A DNA stretch of 64,000 nucleotides from Candidatus Heimdallarchaeum aukensis. Its GTDB lineage: Archaea; Asgardarchaeota; Heimdallarchaeia; Heimdallarchaeales; Heimdallarchaeaceae. The stretch lies in NCBI GenBank assembly GCA_021513695.1, contig CP084166.1, forward strand, positions 1,536,001 through 1,600,000, in the 5' to 3' direction. The notes beneath the pieces were generated by a model that worked only from the letters and a program-made list of their open reading frames with translations, was not told the DNA's origin and made no database searches. Positions 50,835 to 60,729 of the stretch are shown here, in pieces (the first letter of the stretch is position 1; each line of letters opens with the position of its first letter). The translations under genes were made by a program, and so were the position numbers.

Positions 50835-51452
50835 GTGAGTAAAATGTTTGGAAACTTTATGAGATGGTTATTAGGAACTCAAAAATCAAGTAGAGACCAT
50901 ATAGTAAACCTTAAACTAACTATTCGCAGACTAGAAAGAGCTCAAAGGAAACTGGAGAGAGATGAATCAAGAATACAACTAAAAATGCGAACAGCTATTC
51001 AGCGTGGTGATTTAGAAGGTGCCCGTCTTTATGCTACAGATATTGTTCGTTCTCGTAAGTGGGTTTTAGGTTACCAGCGTTTAGTTTCTCGTATTAATGG
51101 TCTTATTTTTAAACTAGAACGAGCTGATTCTGCTGCTAACTTGGCAGCTGAAATGCATTCTATTGCAGGAGCTCTTCGACAAGCTAACGCTCAATTAAAT
51201 GTTCCTGATTTAGATCATGTTATTCAAGACATGGAACGTAGTATTGATGGAATTGAGGATTCAACTGAAACAATTGAAGATGGAATTGATGATCTTCTTA
51301 TTGCTGATACCGACCCAGCTGAAGTCGATAGGTTAATTGACCAAACAGCTACAGAGATGGGTGTTAGTGTAGGAGGAGAACTCCCTTCAGTAAGCGCTGT
51401 TGCAACAGACGATCTCGAGGAAGAGATTCAAAAATTAAGGAAAAAAGAGTAA
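50835..51452 (+). CDS. ESCRT-III (Snf7/CHMP family) protein
   Basis: 205 aa. N-terminal basic helices (LKLTIRRLERAQRKLERDE...), an acidic C-terminal half and a terminal LEEEIQKLRKK MIM-like helix. Confidence 0.75.
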   Translation: MSKMFGNFMRWLLGTQKSSRDHIVNLKLTIRRLERAQRKLERDESRIQLKMRTAIQRGDLEGARLYATDIVRSRKWVLGYQRLVSRINGLIFKLERADSAANLAAEMHSIAGALRQANAQLNVPDLDHVIQDMERSIDGIEDSTETIEDGIDDLLIADTDPAEVDRLIDQTATEMGVSVGGELPSVSAVATDDLEEEIQKLRKKE

Positions 51453-51467
51453 ATATGAGGTGTTTAT

Positions 51468-52127
51468 ATGGGTATGAAAAACTGGTTATTTGGAACCAAA
51501 CGCAAGGATGATGCTGAAGCTTTAGCTACACTCAAAGCTCAGATCAATCGATATGAGCACGAGTCCCGCAATTTAGAACGTCAAGCTGATGAACAAAAAT
51601 CTTTAGCTGCTAAGATGTTAAAGTCGGGTAATAAAGCTGGAGCTAAACAAGCTCTTAAGCGTCGAGCTATTTATATGAAACGTTTAAATCAGGTTCAAAA
51701 TATGCTAATGAACCTTCAGAGTCAGATTGATAGTATTCAAACTGCAACCTCTACTGTTGAAACAGTAAAGGCAATGGAGTTAGGTACGAAAGTTGTCAAG
51801 ACGAAGATGCAAGAAGTTGATGTAGAGAAAACTGAACGTGTAATGGATGAAGTTATGAGTCAACGTGATGAAATTGAAATGATGACAGAAGCTTTATCTG
51901 ATACTGCACTAAGTGAGAGCATTTTAGATTACGAAGATGATGTCGCAATTGATGATCAACTTGCTCAATTAGAAGCCGAGATGAATCTTGGTAAAACAGA
52001 AGAATTACCAGATCTTTCAGATCTTCCTTCAACTCCATCAGAAAAACCGACTGAAAAAGAAGAAGATACTTCTGACCTTGAAGCCGAATTAGCTTCTCTT
52101 AAGAAGAAGTTAAGTGATGACAAATAA
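51468..52127 (+). CDS. ESCRT-III (Snf7/CHMP family) protein, second paralog (Vps20/32/60-like; begins MG)
   Basis: 219 aa. Same basic-then-acidic helical hairpin organisation, ending ELASLKKKLSDDK. Lies directly upstream of Vps4. Confidence 0.75.
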   Translation: MGMKNWLFGTKRKDDAEALATLKAQINRYEHESRNLERQADEQKSLAAKMLKSGNKAGAKQALKRRAIYMKRLNQVQNMLMNLQSQIDSIQTATSTVETVKAMELGTKVVKTKMQEVDVEKTERVMDEVMSQRDEIEMMTEALSDTALSESILDYEDDVAIDDQLAQLEAEMNLGKTEELPDLSDLPSTPSEKPTEKEEDTSDLEAELASLKKKLSDDK

Positions 52128-52254
52128 TAATAATCAAATTCTTTTTTCAATTCTTTTTTTCATCATTTTAGAAACGAACAGTTTTTTAACGATAATGATG
52201 TTACTAGTTTAGTAATTCAATTAATAGGATTATTCAGTTAGAGAGGTTAAAGAA

Positions 52255-53400
52255 TTGAGCGCGCAAGGACTGATTGAACACGCACGTAAATTTGCAAAAA
52301 AAGCTTATGAACTTGATAAGGCAAAACAATACAATGAGGCAATACCACTTTATCTCGACGCTGCAGAAGCTCTAATGAAAGCAATAAAATTTGAAAGAAA
52401 TCCACAAGTGGGAAAGACATTAAAGAAAAAAGCAGAGATGTACATTGAACGAGCAAAAGATCTAAAAGAAATTATTGAGAAAAAAGCTGAAAAGGGGGCA
52501 GAAACAGGGTCAGACGAAGAATCTGATAAATTAGAAGGAGCAATTAGCGATATCATAGTTACAGAAAAGCCATCAGTTACTTTGGATGATATTGCAGGAC
52601 TAGAAGAAGCAAAACGGAATCTTCGAGAAGCAATAGTGTTACCTCTTGTAAGACCAGACTTATTTAGTGGTGCAAGAAGACCATGGAAAGGGATTTTACT
52701 TTTTGGCCCCCCAGGATGTGGAAAAACTCTTTTAGCAAAAGCAACAGCTGCAGAAGTAGAAGCTACGTTTTTTAATGTTAGTGCGTCCGCGGTTATATCC
52801 AAATGGTTAGGAGAATCTGAAAAATTAGTTAATACATTATTTAAAATTGCTCGTGAAAGGCAACCAAGTATAATTTTCATAGATGAAGTAGATGCTCTTA
52901 CCGGAGCACGTGGTGGCGAGCATGATGCTATGCGCAGAGTTAAAACTGAATTATTAACTTCTATGGATGGTTTATCTAGCTCTGCTCAAGATCGTCTTGT
53001 AGTTATTGGGGCTACTAACCTTCCTGAGTCTATTGATGGAGCTTTTCGCCGTCGTTTTGAGCGTCGTATTTACATTAAGCTTCCAGATTTTGAAGCGCGT
53101 AAAGCTATCTTTCAACTAAATGTCAAAGGAGTGGACTTAGCTCCCGATGTTGATTTTGAATCTTTAGCAGAGATTACAGAAGGTTATTCTGGAGCAGATA
53201 TTGCTATGGTTTGTCGCGATGCTATTATGACTCCTATTCGTGAACTTGATTTATCAGGAGACATTCATGACCCCAATATTAAAGCCAGACCAGTTACACA
53301 AAAAGATTTTCTTGAGTCTATTCAGTCAGTTAATCCTTCTGTAAGTGCAGAAGAAATCGAGAAATATGAGAAATGGAATGAAGAATTTGGTTCAGCGTAA
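52255..53400 (+). CDS. Vps4-like AAA+ ATPase with an N-terminal MIT domain
   Basis: MIT-like three-helix N-terminus (AKKAYELDKAKQYNEAIPLYLDAAEAL), Walker A GPPGCGKT, Walker B IIFIDEVD and a second region of homology; 381 aa. Confidence 0.85.
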   Translation: MSAQGLIEHARKFAKKAYELDKAKQYNEAIPLYLDAAEALMKAIKFERNPQVGKTLKKKAEMYIERAKDLKEIIEKKAEKGAETGSDEESDKLEGAISDIIVTEKPSVTLDDIAGLEEAKRNLREAIVLPLVRPDLFSGARRPWKGILLFGPPGCGKTLLAKATAAEVEATFFNVSASAVISKWLGESEKLVNTLFKIARERQPSIIFIDEVDALTGARGGEHDAMRRVKTELLTSMDGLSSSAQDRLVVIGATNLPESIDGAFRRRFERRIYIKLPDFEARKAIFQLNVKGVDLAPDVDFESLAEITEGYSGADIAMVCRDAIMTPIRELDLSGDIHDPNIKARPVTQKDFLESIQSVNPSVSAEEIEKYEKWNEEFGSA

Positions 53401-53707
53401 AAGGGTGTTTTTATGATTTACCTTTTTACGTAAGTTTTTCGCACTCGGTCTTTCAAGGGAGAAAACAGGAGTTTCATCACTTGATAACTCAACCACAACA
53501 TACAATGAAAGGAAACGTGGTTAAGACAGACGTCATACACGAATCGTGGGAATCATAAAGAAGGAAAAGAAAAAAGTAAGAAAGGAGAAAAGAAAGGAGG
53601 TTATCTCCTTCTTTATTCTACTTTCTTTTCTTTCCTTCACTCCACGAGAGACGAAAAAACAAACAAATAATCCTCTAACAAGAGAGAATGTAAGTTTATA
53701 TTTTCAT

Positions 53708-55161
53708 CTACTGGGGCTGCAACCAATGGCTGAGCCCTTGGCAAACAGTGAAATGAGTGAGACTAAATTTACGACCAGTGAGTAGATCAGTAATAGTTGT
53801 TGCACGGGGGCGGAAAAGAGAACTAAGGAGCAGACGAGCGATATTCATTGCTCCTGTTAGATCAGAGTGGAAGGTGTAATTGCAAGAGGGACAATAAACT
53901 AACCCTCTAACGGGGCGGGTAACTTTTTTTCCGCAACGGGCACAGTGAGATGATGTTCCTCTTTCCTCTATCGTCAGAATTCGGTGAGAGGGAAAACCTC
54001 TAAGTATTAGTGCACGACGGATAAAAGAAAGAACAAGAGCATAGTTCCACTGGTGAAGTTTTCTTCGTGACTTGCGATTAGTTACTCCCTTATTTTTTTC
54101 TCGTCGAATGTATTTAGGATAACCTATAACAACGAAAAGATTATAGATCCGAGCATAAACCTCTATTGTCCACACGATAGCACTTACAAATTGATTGATA
54201 TACGCTCGTCTGACGTTTCTATACCTCCGACGGAGACGTTTGAGAAAACGGTAAACTTGGTGTTTTTTACCCGATTGGTCGTTTAAAGCTGCTTTCCTCT
54301 GAAGACGGGAAAGTTTGAGTTTATATCGATGATTAACTTTATTCCACTGTTTGGTATACTAGAACTTTATTTCTTTACTTGTTACCTTCTTTTTCGGGGT
54401 CAGTAGCACTTCTACCGCAGGAATGTTTATCCCTAGATCTATTCCCAGCACAGCTGGGGGAAGAAAAGAAGAGTCAGAAGAAAGATTATCTCCCTGAAGG
54501 AAAGAAGAAGGAAGAACTTTTGAATGAAAATATATCCACCATTCACGTGTAGAACGTTTGTATCTTATTTCTAAACTTTTTACTCTTTCTTTAATTCTTT
54601 TTGATGAAACTCGCTCATCTCTAAAGGTAACCACAATCGCTGATGAAAACGTGTTTTTCTTTTCCACCTATCTAACGAGTCTCGTATTCCTACCCACCAA
54701 CGAGAAAGAGTGTTATTCTTATCTTTTGGTAGATGGACGAGGATGAACCTTTTTTTATTAATTAATTGTCTTCTTGCTCTCTTTCTTGGAGGACGAGTAT
54801 TGTTAGGTCTATATCCTTGCTCATATAGTTGCACAGCTATATCTCTACATTCTTGAAACTCATCGTGAGAACAATAGGGAAACATTTTCTTCATATCGTG
54901 AGGAACAGTCGTTCTTCTTTCTTCCTCTTTTTTTACTCTCGAGGTCGTTAATGTCAATTCGTCTAATTTTCCTTTATGTACTTTTATTTTCCCTTCTTTT
55001 GCTTTAATACCTATTTTTTTTCTGTTATGGTGTATAATTCTCACATACTTTTCTATTATTCTAGTATCTCTCCCCGTTATTCTCCTTAACTTTTCTTTTT
55101 TTCTCGTCGTCAATACTTCATTCTTCACTCTCACCTTTAACGTTTTGACGACGTCCTCCAT
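53708..55161 (-). pseudogene. Degenerate TnpB (IS200/IS605 OrfB; OMEGA-type RNA-guided nuclease family) split into at least three ORFs by frameshifts
   Basis: N-terminal part LKVRVKNEVLTT...; C-terminal zinc-finger block CARCGKKVTRPVRGLVYCPSCNYTFHSDLTGAMNIARL. Three overlapping minus-strand ORFs (54580-55161, 54359-54667, 53708-54175). GC content is well above the surroundings. Confidence 0.65.
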
Positions 55162-55329
55162 CCTTTTTTTCTCCTCTTATTTTACTCTCTCTTTTTTTCT
55201 ATTTTTTTCTCTTCTTTTACTTCTTCTCTTCCTCATTATACTTTTTTTCCCTATAAAAAGTCCTTTCTTTTCTTTTTTTCTCATTATTCTTCCTCAATTT
55301 TTATATAAAGTTATGTAAAATAGTAAATC

Positions 55330-56130
55330 ATGGCTACAATGGAAAAACAAAAAGATAATGAATTTGAGCAAATTGATCTTGAAAAATTGAAAGAAGAAAA
55401 GAAAATATCAGAAGATAAGCTTAAGCTTATTGAAGCCAGTATTAAGGGATTAAAAGTTTCAGAAGAAGAACTGAAGTCCACGAAACCTATTGTTAGAGAA
55501 GAAGCAAGATTAGAACTAACAGAAGACACAAAGACGAAGCTAATTAAAGAATTTGAGCAAAGTTTACCTGATTGGGTTAACAAGCCTTGGATGTATGTCA
55601 CCCCAAAAAAGGCAAATCAAGTTGAGTCTTGGTTAGACAGTTGGTCATCAGTCATGCTTGATTATACAAAGAAATTTGTTATTCATATTGTTAATGTCAA
55701 TTCTCTTAGAGAAACTTATCCTTTTTGTAATAAGAAAATAAGAAAAGAACTTACCATCGATCAAATTCGTGATATCATCGATTTTCTTGAAACAAAGGGT
55801 TTTGCTCTTTGGATAAATGATAGGACAAAATTCTTTGAGAAACTTTTTGCAAAGATACTTGGAAAACCTTTAACAAAAAAGATCCGTGCAAAGATAGAAT
55901 GGAAAACAAAAGAAGAATTTGCTGAAGATTTACTTAAATGGATGATTGAAACCGGTAGAGTAGTTGAAGTTCACTCTTTATATGATTTAACAAAATATGA
56001 ACAACCCTGGTCTTCTTTACCTTCAGATGATTTAATCCATGTATGCAATTTACTCGTAGAAAAAGGTTCTGCTAGATGGTTAAATAGAGAAAGAACTATA
56101 ATTTCCTTTGAAGCAACAAAGGTATTCTAA
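55330..56130 (+). CDS. ESCRT-II Vps25-like protein (tandem winged-helix) with an N-terminal charged coiled-coil extension
   Basis: About 170 aa C-terminal region with the PWMYVTPKKANQVESWLDSW...IRDIIDFLETKGFALWI pattern resembling Vps25 WH domains. Sits in the ESCRT locus. Confidence 0.5.
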   Translation: MATMEKQKDNEFEQIDLEKLKEEKKISEDKLKLIEASIKGLKVSEEELKSTKPIVREEARLELTEDTKTKLIKEFEQSLPDWVNKPWMYVTPKKANQVESWLDSWSSVMLDYTKKFVIHIVNVNSLRETYPFCNKKIRKELTIDQIRDIIDFLETKGFALWINDRTKFFEKLFAKILGKPLTKKIRAKIEWKTKEEFAEDLLKWMIETGRVVEVHSLYDLTKYEQPWSSLPSDDLIHVCNLLVEKGSARWLNRERTIISFEATKVF

Positions 56131-56183
56131 CTTTAATTTTTATTTTAATTTTATTTATTTACTATTTTTTGTGATGTAATGCT

Positions 56184-56621
56184 ATGTTTAAAAATTATAT
56201 ATTGAATAGACTTTTGAGATTTATGTCTTTAGACGATGAAGAATTACAAAGGATTCGAGAAAAAAAGGCACAACAACTTAGGCAAATTTTAGAACAGAGA
56301 AAATCAAAAATGGAACAACTTAAACAAGAGGAAACAGCGCCAAAAAGCATTACAAAAGAGGACAAGTATCGTTTAATGAATTATTTTCTAACTGATGACG
56401 CTTTTTCTTATTGGAAGAGTCTATATGAAAATCCACAAAAGCATAATACAGCAGAAACAATTTTCATTAATTTGCTCTATCTGATTAAGATTGGTTTTAT
56501 GGAAGGAAAACTTATCTCTCTTCTAGGAATTAAAAAATTAGAAAGAAAAATAGATAATATTCCTTCTAAAATCACAATAAAGAGAAAAGGAGAAAAAGAA
56601 AGATCCAAAGTTTTGGATTAA
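56184..56621 (+). CDS. PDCD5/TFAR19-like putative DNA-binding protein
   Basis: N-terminal LDDEELQRIREKKAQQLRQILEQRK matches the PDCD5 family opening motif, and the C-terminal LISLLGIKKLE...ITIKRKG is consistent with it; 145 aa. Confidence 0.4.
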   Translation: MFKNYILNRLLRFMSLDDEELQRIREKKAQQLRQILEQRKSKMEQLKQEETAPKSITKEDKYRLMNYFLTDDAFSYWKSLYENPQKHNTAETIFINLLYLIKIGFMEGKLISLLGIKKLERKIDNIPSKITIKRKGEKERSKVLD

Positions 56622-56697
56622 TAATTGACTTTTACTTATTAGGTTACATTTATTTAGGATAATGAAAATAAAGTATTAGAAAGGAGCTGATGGATAA

Positions 56698-56934
56698 ATG
56701 AAGTTGAGTATTGTTACCGCAATAGGAGGAGGTCTTTTAGAATTAGATGTTGATAGCCATCAAACAATTGCACAACTTAAAAGAGAAGTTTCAAGAATTA
56801 AAAAGATACCTGCAAATACAGTTATTTTGGTTCATCATGGTCAACAGTTAGATGATGGTGAAACAATTAAGAGTTGCGGATTACAAGAAGGAGATAAACT
56901 CTATCTAATTGCAAGAACAAAAGGTGGACTTTAG
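56698..56934 (+). CDS. Ubiquitin-like beta-grasp protein ending ...KGG-L
   Basis: HGQQLDDGETIKSCGLQEGDKLYLIARTKGG aligns with ubiquitin [30 protein letters not shown]. 78 aa, with a single residue after the di-Gly. Confidence 0.8.
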   Translation: MKLSIVTAIGGGLLELDVDSHQTIAQLKREVSRIKKIPANTVILVHHGQQLDDGETIKSCGLQEGDKLYLIARTKGGL

Positions 56935-57009
56935 CTTTTCTATTTCAAAATTTTTTTAGAAGAATAGAAACTGTTTTATTACTTCTAAAAGATATTTTTG
57001 TGAAAGTGG

Positions 57010-58014
57010 ATGTCTAAAGAAGGTAGATATGCGAGACAGACTCTCATACCTGGTTGGAATCAGAAGAAACTCAACAAATCAACAGTTATTATTGTTGGTG
57101 TGGGAGCAATTGGATCATATGTATCAACGATTTTAGCTTCTTCAGGAGTAAAAAATCTCATTCTAATTGATTTTGATACTATTGAAATCTCTAATCTTAA
57201 TCGTCAATTACTATTTCGGGATGGAGATATTGGAAAATCCAAATCTGAAATTGCAGCTATGCGATTATCGGAACTAAATCCAGATATTAACATTACCTTT
57301 CATCATAAGAAGATGCAAGATTTACCTATTTCTATTTACAAAAAAGCAGATGTCATTGTGGCTTGTCTTGATACCTTCATTGGAAGAAGATGGATAAATT
57401 CACTTGCTGTAAAAATAAACAAACCTTTAATTTTAGGTGGAATGTTTGCTTTTCTAGGAGATGTTCAAGTTGTTTTACCAAAAAAAACTGCTTGCTTTGA
57501 TTGTCAACCTTTAGTTGCAGAAAGAGAACTTGCGCAAGCTTGTACTCCATTCGGAGAAGAAAGGAAGAAAAACAGAGAAGAAAAAGAGGATGAAGCGAAA
57601 TTACCATCTGTAGCCACATTGTCTGCGATTATCGGAGGAATTATGGCACAAGAAGCCTTAAAACTTCTTTTAGACATAGGTGAACCAATCAAGAATTATC
57701 TTTTCTATGATGGATTACATAATGCAACAACAATAATTGAACTTGCAAGAAGAAAAAAAGATTGTCCAACTTGTGGAGAACTATATGAGTTGGAACAAGT
57801 CGAATTTGTGGTAAATAAAGATAATACCGTCAAAGAACTATTAATCCAATTAGGTTTACAATTCGGACTTGAGAGCCCAGACATTATGATTAAAGGGAGG
57901 ATACTCCCTCACGATTCAAAAATCCAAGAACTAGGTATAAAAAATAACATGAAGGTTTTTGTAATGGACAAAAATTTAGCTTCACCAATCAAGTTAAAGT
58001 TAAAGATTGAGTGA
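57010..58014 (+). CDS. E1-like ubiquitin-activating enzyme (ThiF/MoeB/UBA fold) with a C-terminal extension
   Basis: Rossmann GVGAIGSYV with IDFDTIEISNLNRQ; CFDC...CPTC zinc tetrad; about 70 extra C-terminal residues. Lies immediately downstream of the ubiquitin-like gene. Confidence 0.8.
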   Translation: MSKEGRYARQTLIPGWNQKKLNKSTVIIVGVGAIGSYVSTILASSGVKNLILIDFDTIEISNLNRQLLFRDGDIGKSKSEIAAMRLSELNPDINITFHHKKMQDLPISIYKKADVIVACLDTFIGRRWINSLAVKINKPLILGGMFAFLGDVQVVLPKKTACFDCQPLVAERELAQACTPFGEERKKNREEKEDEAKLPSVATLSAIIGGIMAQEALKLLLDIGEPIKNYLFYDGLHNATTIIELARRKKDCPTCGELYELEQVEFVVNKDNTVKELLIQLGLQFGLESPDIMIKGRILPHDSKIQELGIKNNMKVFVMDKNLASPIKLKLKIE

Positions 58015-58025
58015 AAAAAGAAAAT

Positions 58026-58751
58026 TTAGGTGTGTGACAGTCCAGGGAAATAATATTTAGTTCCTTCAGCATAGGAACTATCTACTCTTGCTATACCATT
58101 TTCTTCAAAAAATGATAAGCAACGATTAATTCTTTCCTCTGCCCACCCTGTTCTAAGTAATAGATCTTCTTTTGTTACAAATCCTGTTCTTGAAGCAATG
58201 TTTAATATTACATCATGGTCGGGACTGAATTCAACAGGAGCAAATTCTACTAGTTTCACTCCAGATTCTAAAACTTTGAAAGGTGGAATTAATTTTGAAT
58301 TTATGAGTTTCTCTAATGAACGATACAAGTCATCAATTGTAACTAGTTTTCCAGGTCTAGTTTTATTTAATTGGGTAAACAATTCACCTACAGACATTAT
58401 ACCTCCATTTTCTTCTATAAGTTTTTGACCCAAATCCATGATTTCGTTTGCTAAAACATCATAGAAACCTTTTCCTGTTAATCTATCTTTTAGAGTTGGA
58501 GCTTCTTTCCATTCATATCTCCCTATTTCTGTAGGTAAGCCTAGTTCTTCTCGCAGGCCAGCAAGTTTTTCATAATATTCTTTATTTTCAACTATTTTAT
58601 CACCATATTTCTTTTCAAATTTCTTTAGTTGCTTTTTAACTTGTTTAATATTTTCCAACATTTGTTCTAATTCTTTTATCATTAATTCGGCTTCTTTAAC
58701 TTGGAAAGCTGACTTCACTTTTAATTTCTTTTCAATATCTCTTAAGCCCAA
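58026..58751 (-). CDS. ESCRT-II Vps22/Vps36 (EAP30-domain)-like protein
   Basis: N-terminal coiled coil followed by a tandem winged-helix region (GGIMSVGELFTQLNKTRPG...IDDLYRSLEKL) resembling EAP30. Confidence 0.55.
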   Translation of the reverse strand: MGLRDIEKKLKVKSAFQVKEAELMIKELEQMLENIKQVKKQLKKFEKKYGDKIVENKEYYEKLAGLREELGLPTEIGRYEWKEAPTLKDRLTGKGFYDVLANEIMDLGQKLIEENGGIMSVGELFTQLNKTRPGKLVTIDDLYRSLEKLINSKLIPPFKVLESGVKLVEFAPVEFSPDHDVILNIASRTGFVTKEDLLLRTGWAEERINRCLSFFEENGIARVDSSYAEGTKYYFPGLSHT

Positions 58752-58823
58752 CTTTAATCACTATTTTTTATTTGTCAGTGAGATATAAAAAATATACTAT
58801 TTAATTTCGCAATTAGCTTAGAG

Positions 58824-59132
58824 TTAAAAAAGGAGAGGAAGTCTTCTAATCCACTCTTTAATTGAATTCATAAGCTTTTTAGATTCATTTGGAGGAAGAA
58901 AAGCTGCTAGTTTGTCTTTATAGTTTTTGTATAGTTTTTGATAAACGCTGTCCATTTCATCAACAATTGAATCATTTACCAAATTGATTTTTTTAACAAG
59001 ATGTTTTATCTCTTCCAACTCTTCTAAGATGTATGAACAGTCAATTTTTATTTCTAAGAGATCCATCAACTCGAATAAACTATCTTTTGCTTTATTATAG
59101 GTATTTTCTAAAGATTTTCTCCTAGAAATCAT
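58824..59132 (-). CDS. Small helical hypothetical protein in the ESCRT locus (possibly a Vps28-C/Vps37-like ESCRT-I accessory)
   Basis: 102 aa, predicted all-helical. Lies between the UEV/Vps23-like and EAP30-like genes on the same strand. No motif recognised. Confidence 0.3.
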   Translation of the reverse strand: MISRRKSLENTYNKAKDSLFELMDLLEIKIDCSYILEELEEIKHLVKKINLVNDSIVDEMDSVYQKLYKNYKDKLAAFLPPNESKKLMNSIKEWIRRLPLLF

Positions 59133-59168
59133 GTTTACTCCTCTAAAAAGGCTGGATAAAAGATAGGA

Positions 59169-60638
59169 CTACATATCTTTTAAAATTCGTCTAAATTCGT
59201 TTAACCATCTTGATGCTTGGAATTCTAGTTTTTCACAATCGTCTTCATTTATTATTTCACTTGGTTTATAATTTGAAAGAATGTCTTTCCAGTTTTTCAT
59301 ATCGCTGAGCATCCAATGATCTTGCGGAATAGATGGAAACGAGTGCAAAACATGAATTAGCTCTTCTACGTCAGCCAACAGCAAATCAGCTCGTGCGACT
59401 GATTTAAGCCTTGTTAGATCAATTAATTCAATTGCAGCTGAAACAAAATCAGCTGTTTTTACAGGCATTTTCTTTAAGGATTCAAATGGTATCATTTCAA
59501 CATCTTTAGTTCCAGTTCCTTCAGCCATTTGTAGCAATCTCATTCCTTTGTCAAATCTATTTAGCAGATTTTCTTGCTCTATAAACGAATCGAGATCAAA
59601 TCCACCTAATTGTTCCAGTTTCATTCTTGTTTTGAAAACTGTTCTTATTAGTGATCTTAACTGCTTTTTATATGCAACTTGCTCAATCTCACCATTTTCA
59701 TACCCTCTCGCTAAATTATCTAATGTCACTATTGCTGCATATAAATCAGCTTCAAAATCTAATCTTTTATCTAAATCACTAGGCATTACTTGTCCTCCAA
59801 CATTTTCTAAATAAGCTAATTTTTTATTTGTCTTATAACTTTCCACTGAATATTTTCTATAAAGTTTCAAGTAATCAACACTTGAAAGATCTCCATCATC
59901 AAATTTCTCATTTAATAGCTCTAATAAGTCATTAGATGCTCTTGAACTTGCTTTTAAATCATCGGTTACAGAAATTGTAAGTTCTTTTAATGAATGTGAA
60001 GGCTCAGCTTTCTTGATTAGAGCAGCTCTTTTTTCCTCAATTTGTTTATTTAGTTCGTTTATCTGCTGCTGATACGCTTCTATCTCTGCTTCAATAGTAC
60101 TTTTTTCTATCGATGTTTGACTCCGTTCATTAAAGGATGGTACACTTTGCTTACGTACAGTGTGACGTGAAACTGTTCTTGGTTTCATCGGTTGAACTAC
60201 AGATCTAGACACACTCCTAGCTGTAGACATATGCTTTGTTCTTAATGGTCTTGCAGGAACATTAGCAAATAATCGCCGAATATCATTTATAACTTGATAA
60301 ATATGATAGCGTGGTTTCCATTGAGCGAGTATTTGCAAACTAAGAAAGTCATTGTCGTCAACATTAGGATGATTTACTTTAGGAGTAATTTCAACTTGAG
60401 GAGGAATTCTTGGGAACTCTGGAGAGATATATATTGTAGCATAAACAGTTATCTTCGTTCCTTGAATTATCCCTACAGGGCCTTTCCACTTTCTTAAATT
60501 GCCTCCTACTGGCTCAAATCCTTCAACATTATTATAAATTAATTGCATCTCATTAGCAAGAATCTGATCTAGAGAAATTTGTCTCACCTTTACTCTTCTA
60601 TTATTGTTATAAACTTCAAAGTTTAAAAAATATTGCAT
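59169..60638 (-). CDS. UEV-domain (ubiquitin E2 variant) protein with a central coiled coil; ESCRT-I Vps23/Tsg101-like
   Basis: The N-terminal UBC fold has the HPNV motif, but the catalytic Cys position reads FLSLQIL rather than ICLDIL, so it is an inactive E2 (UEV). A long coiled-coil region and a C-terminal helical domain follow. Confidence 0.65.
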   Translation of the reverse strand: MQYFLNFEVYNNNRRVKVRQISLDQILANEMQLIYNNVEGFEPVGGNLRKWKGPVGIIQGTKITVYATIYISPEFPRIPPQVEITPKVNHPNVDDNDFLSLQILAQWKPRYHIYQVINDIRRLFANVPARPLRTKHMSTARSVSRSVVQPMKPRTVSRHTVRKQSVPSFNERSQTSIEKSTIEAEIEAYQQQINELNKQIEEKRAALIKKAEPSHSLKELTISVTDDLKASSRASNDLLELLNEKFDDGDLSSVDYLKLYRKYSVESYKTNKKLAYLENVGGQVMPSDLDKRLDFEADLYAAIVTLDNLARGYENGEIEQVAYKKQLRSLIRTVFKTRMKLEQLGGFDLDSFIEQENLLNRFDKGMRLLQMAEGTGTKDVEMIPFESLKKMPVKTADFVSAAIELIDLTRLKSVARADLLLADVEELIHVLHSFPSIPQDHWMLSDMKNWKDILSNYKPSEIINEDDCEKLEFQASRWLNEFRRILKDM

Positions 60639-60729
60639 TCAAAAAAAAGAGTCTTTTCTTGAGAAAAAAATATATGAAAAAAAATTGATTATAATTCTAA
60701 ATTACAATAGAACCTAGGAATAAACTCTT

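Noticed and set aside
53546-53785. 79-aa plus-strand ORF (MGIIKKEKKKVRKEKRKE...) inside the TnpB relic region
   Set aside because: Poly-Lys/Glu translation of a purine-rich stretch that overlaps the antisense TnpB C-terminal fragment; likely spurious.
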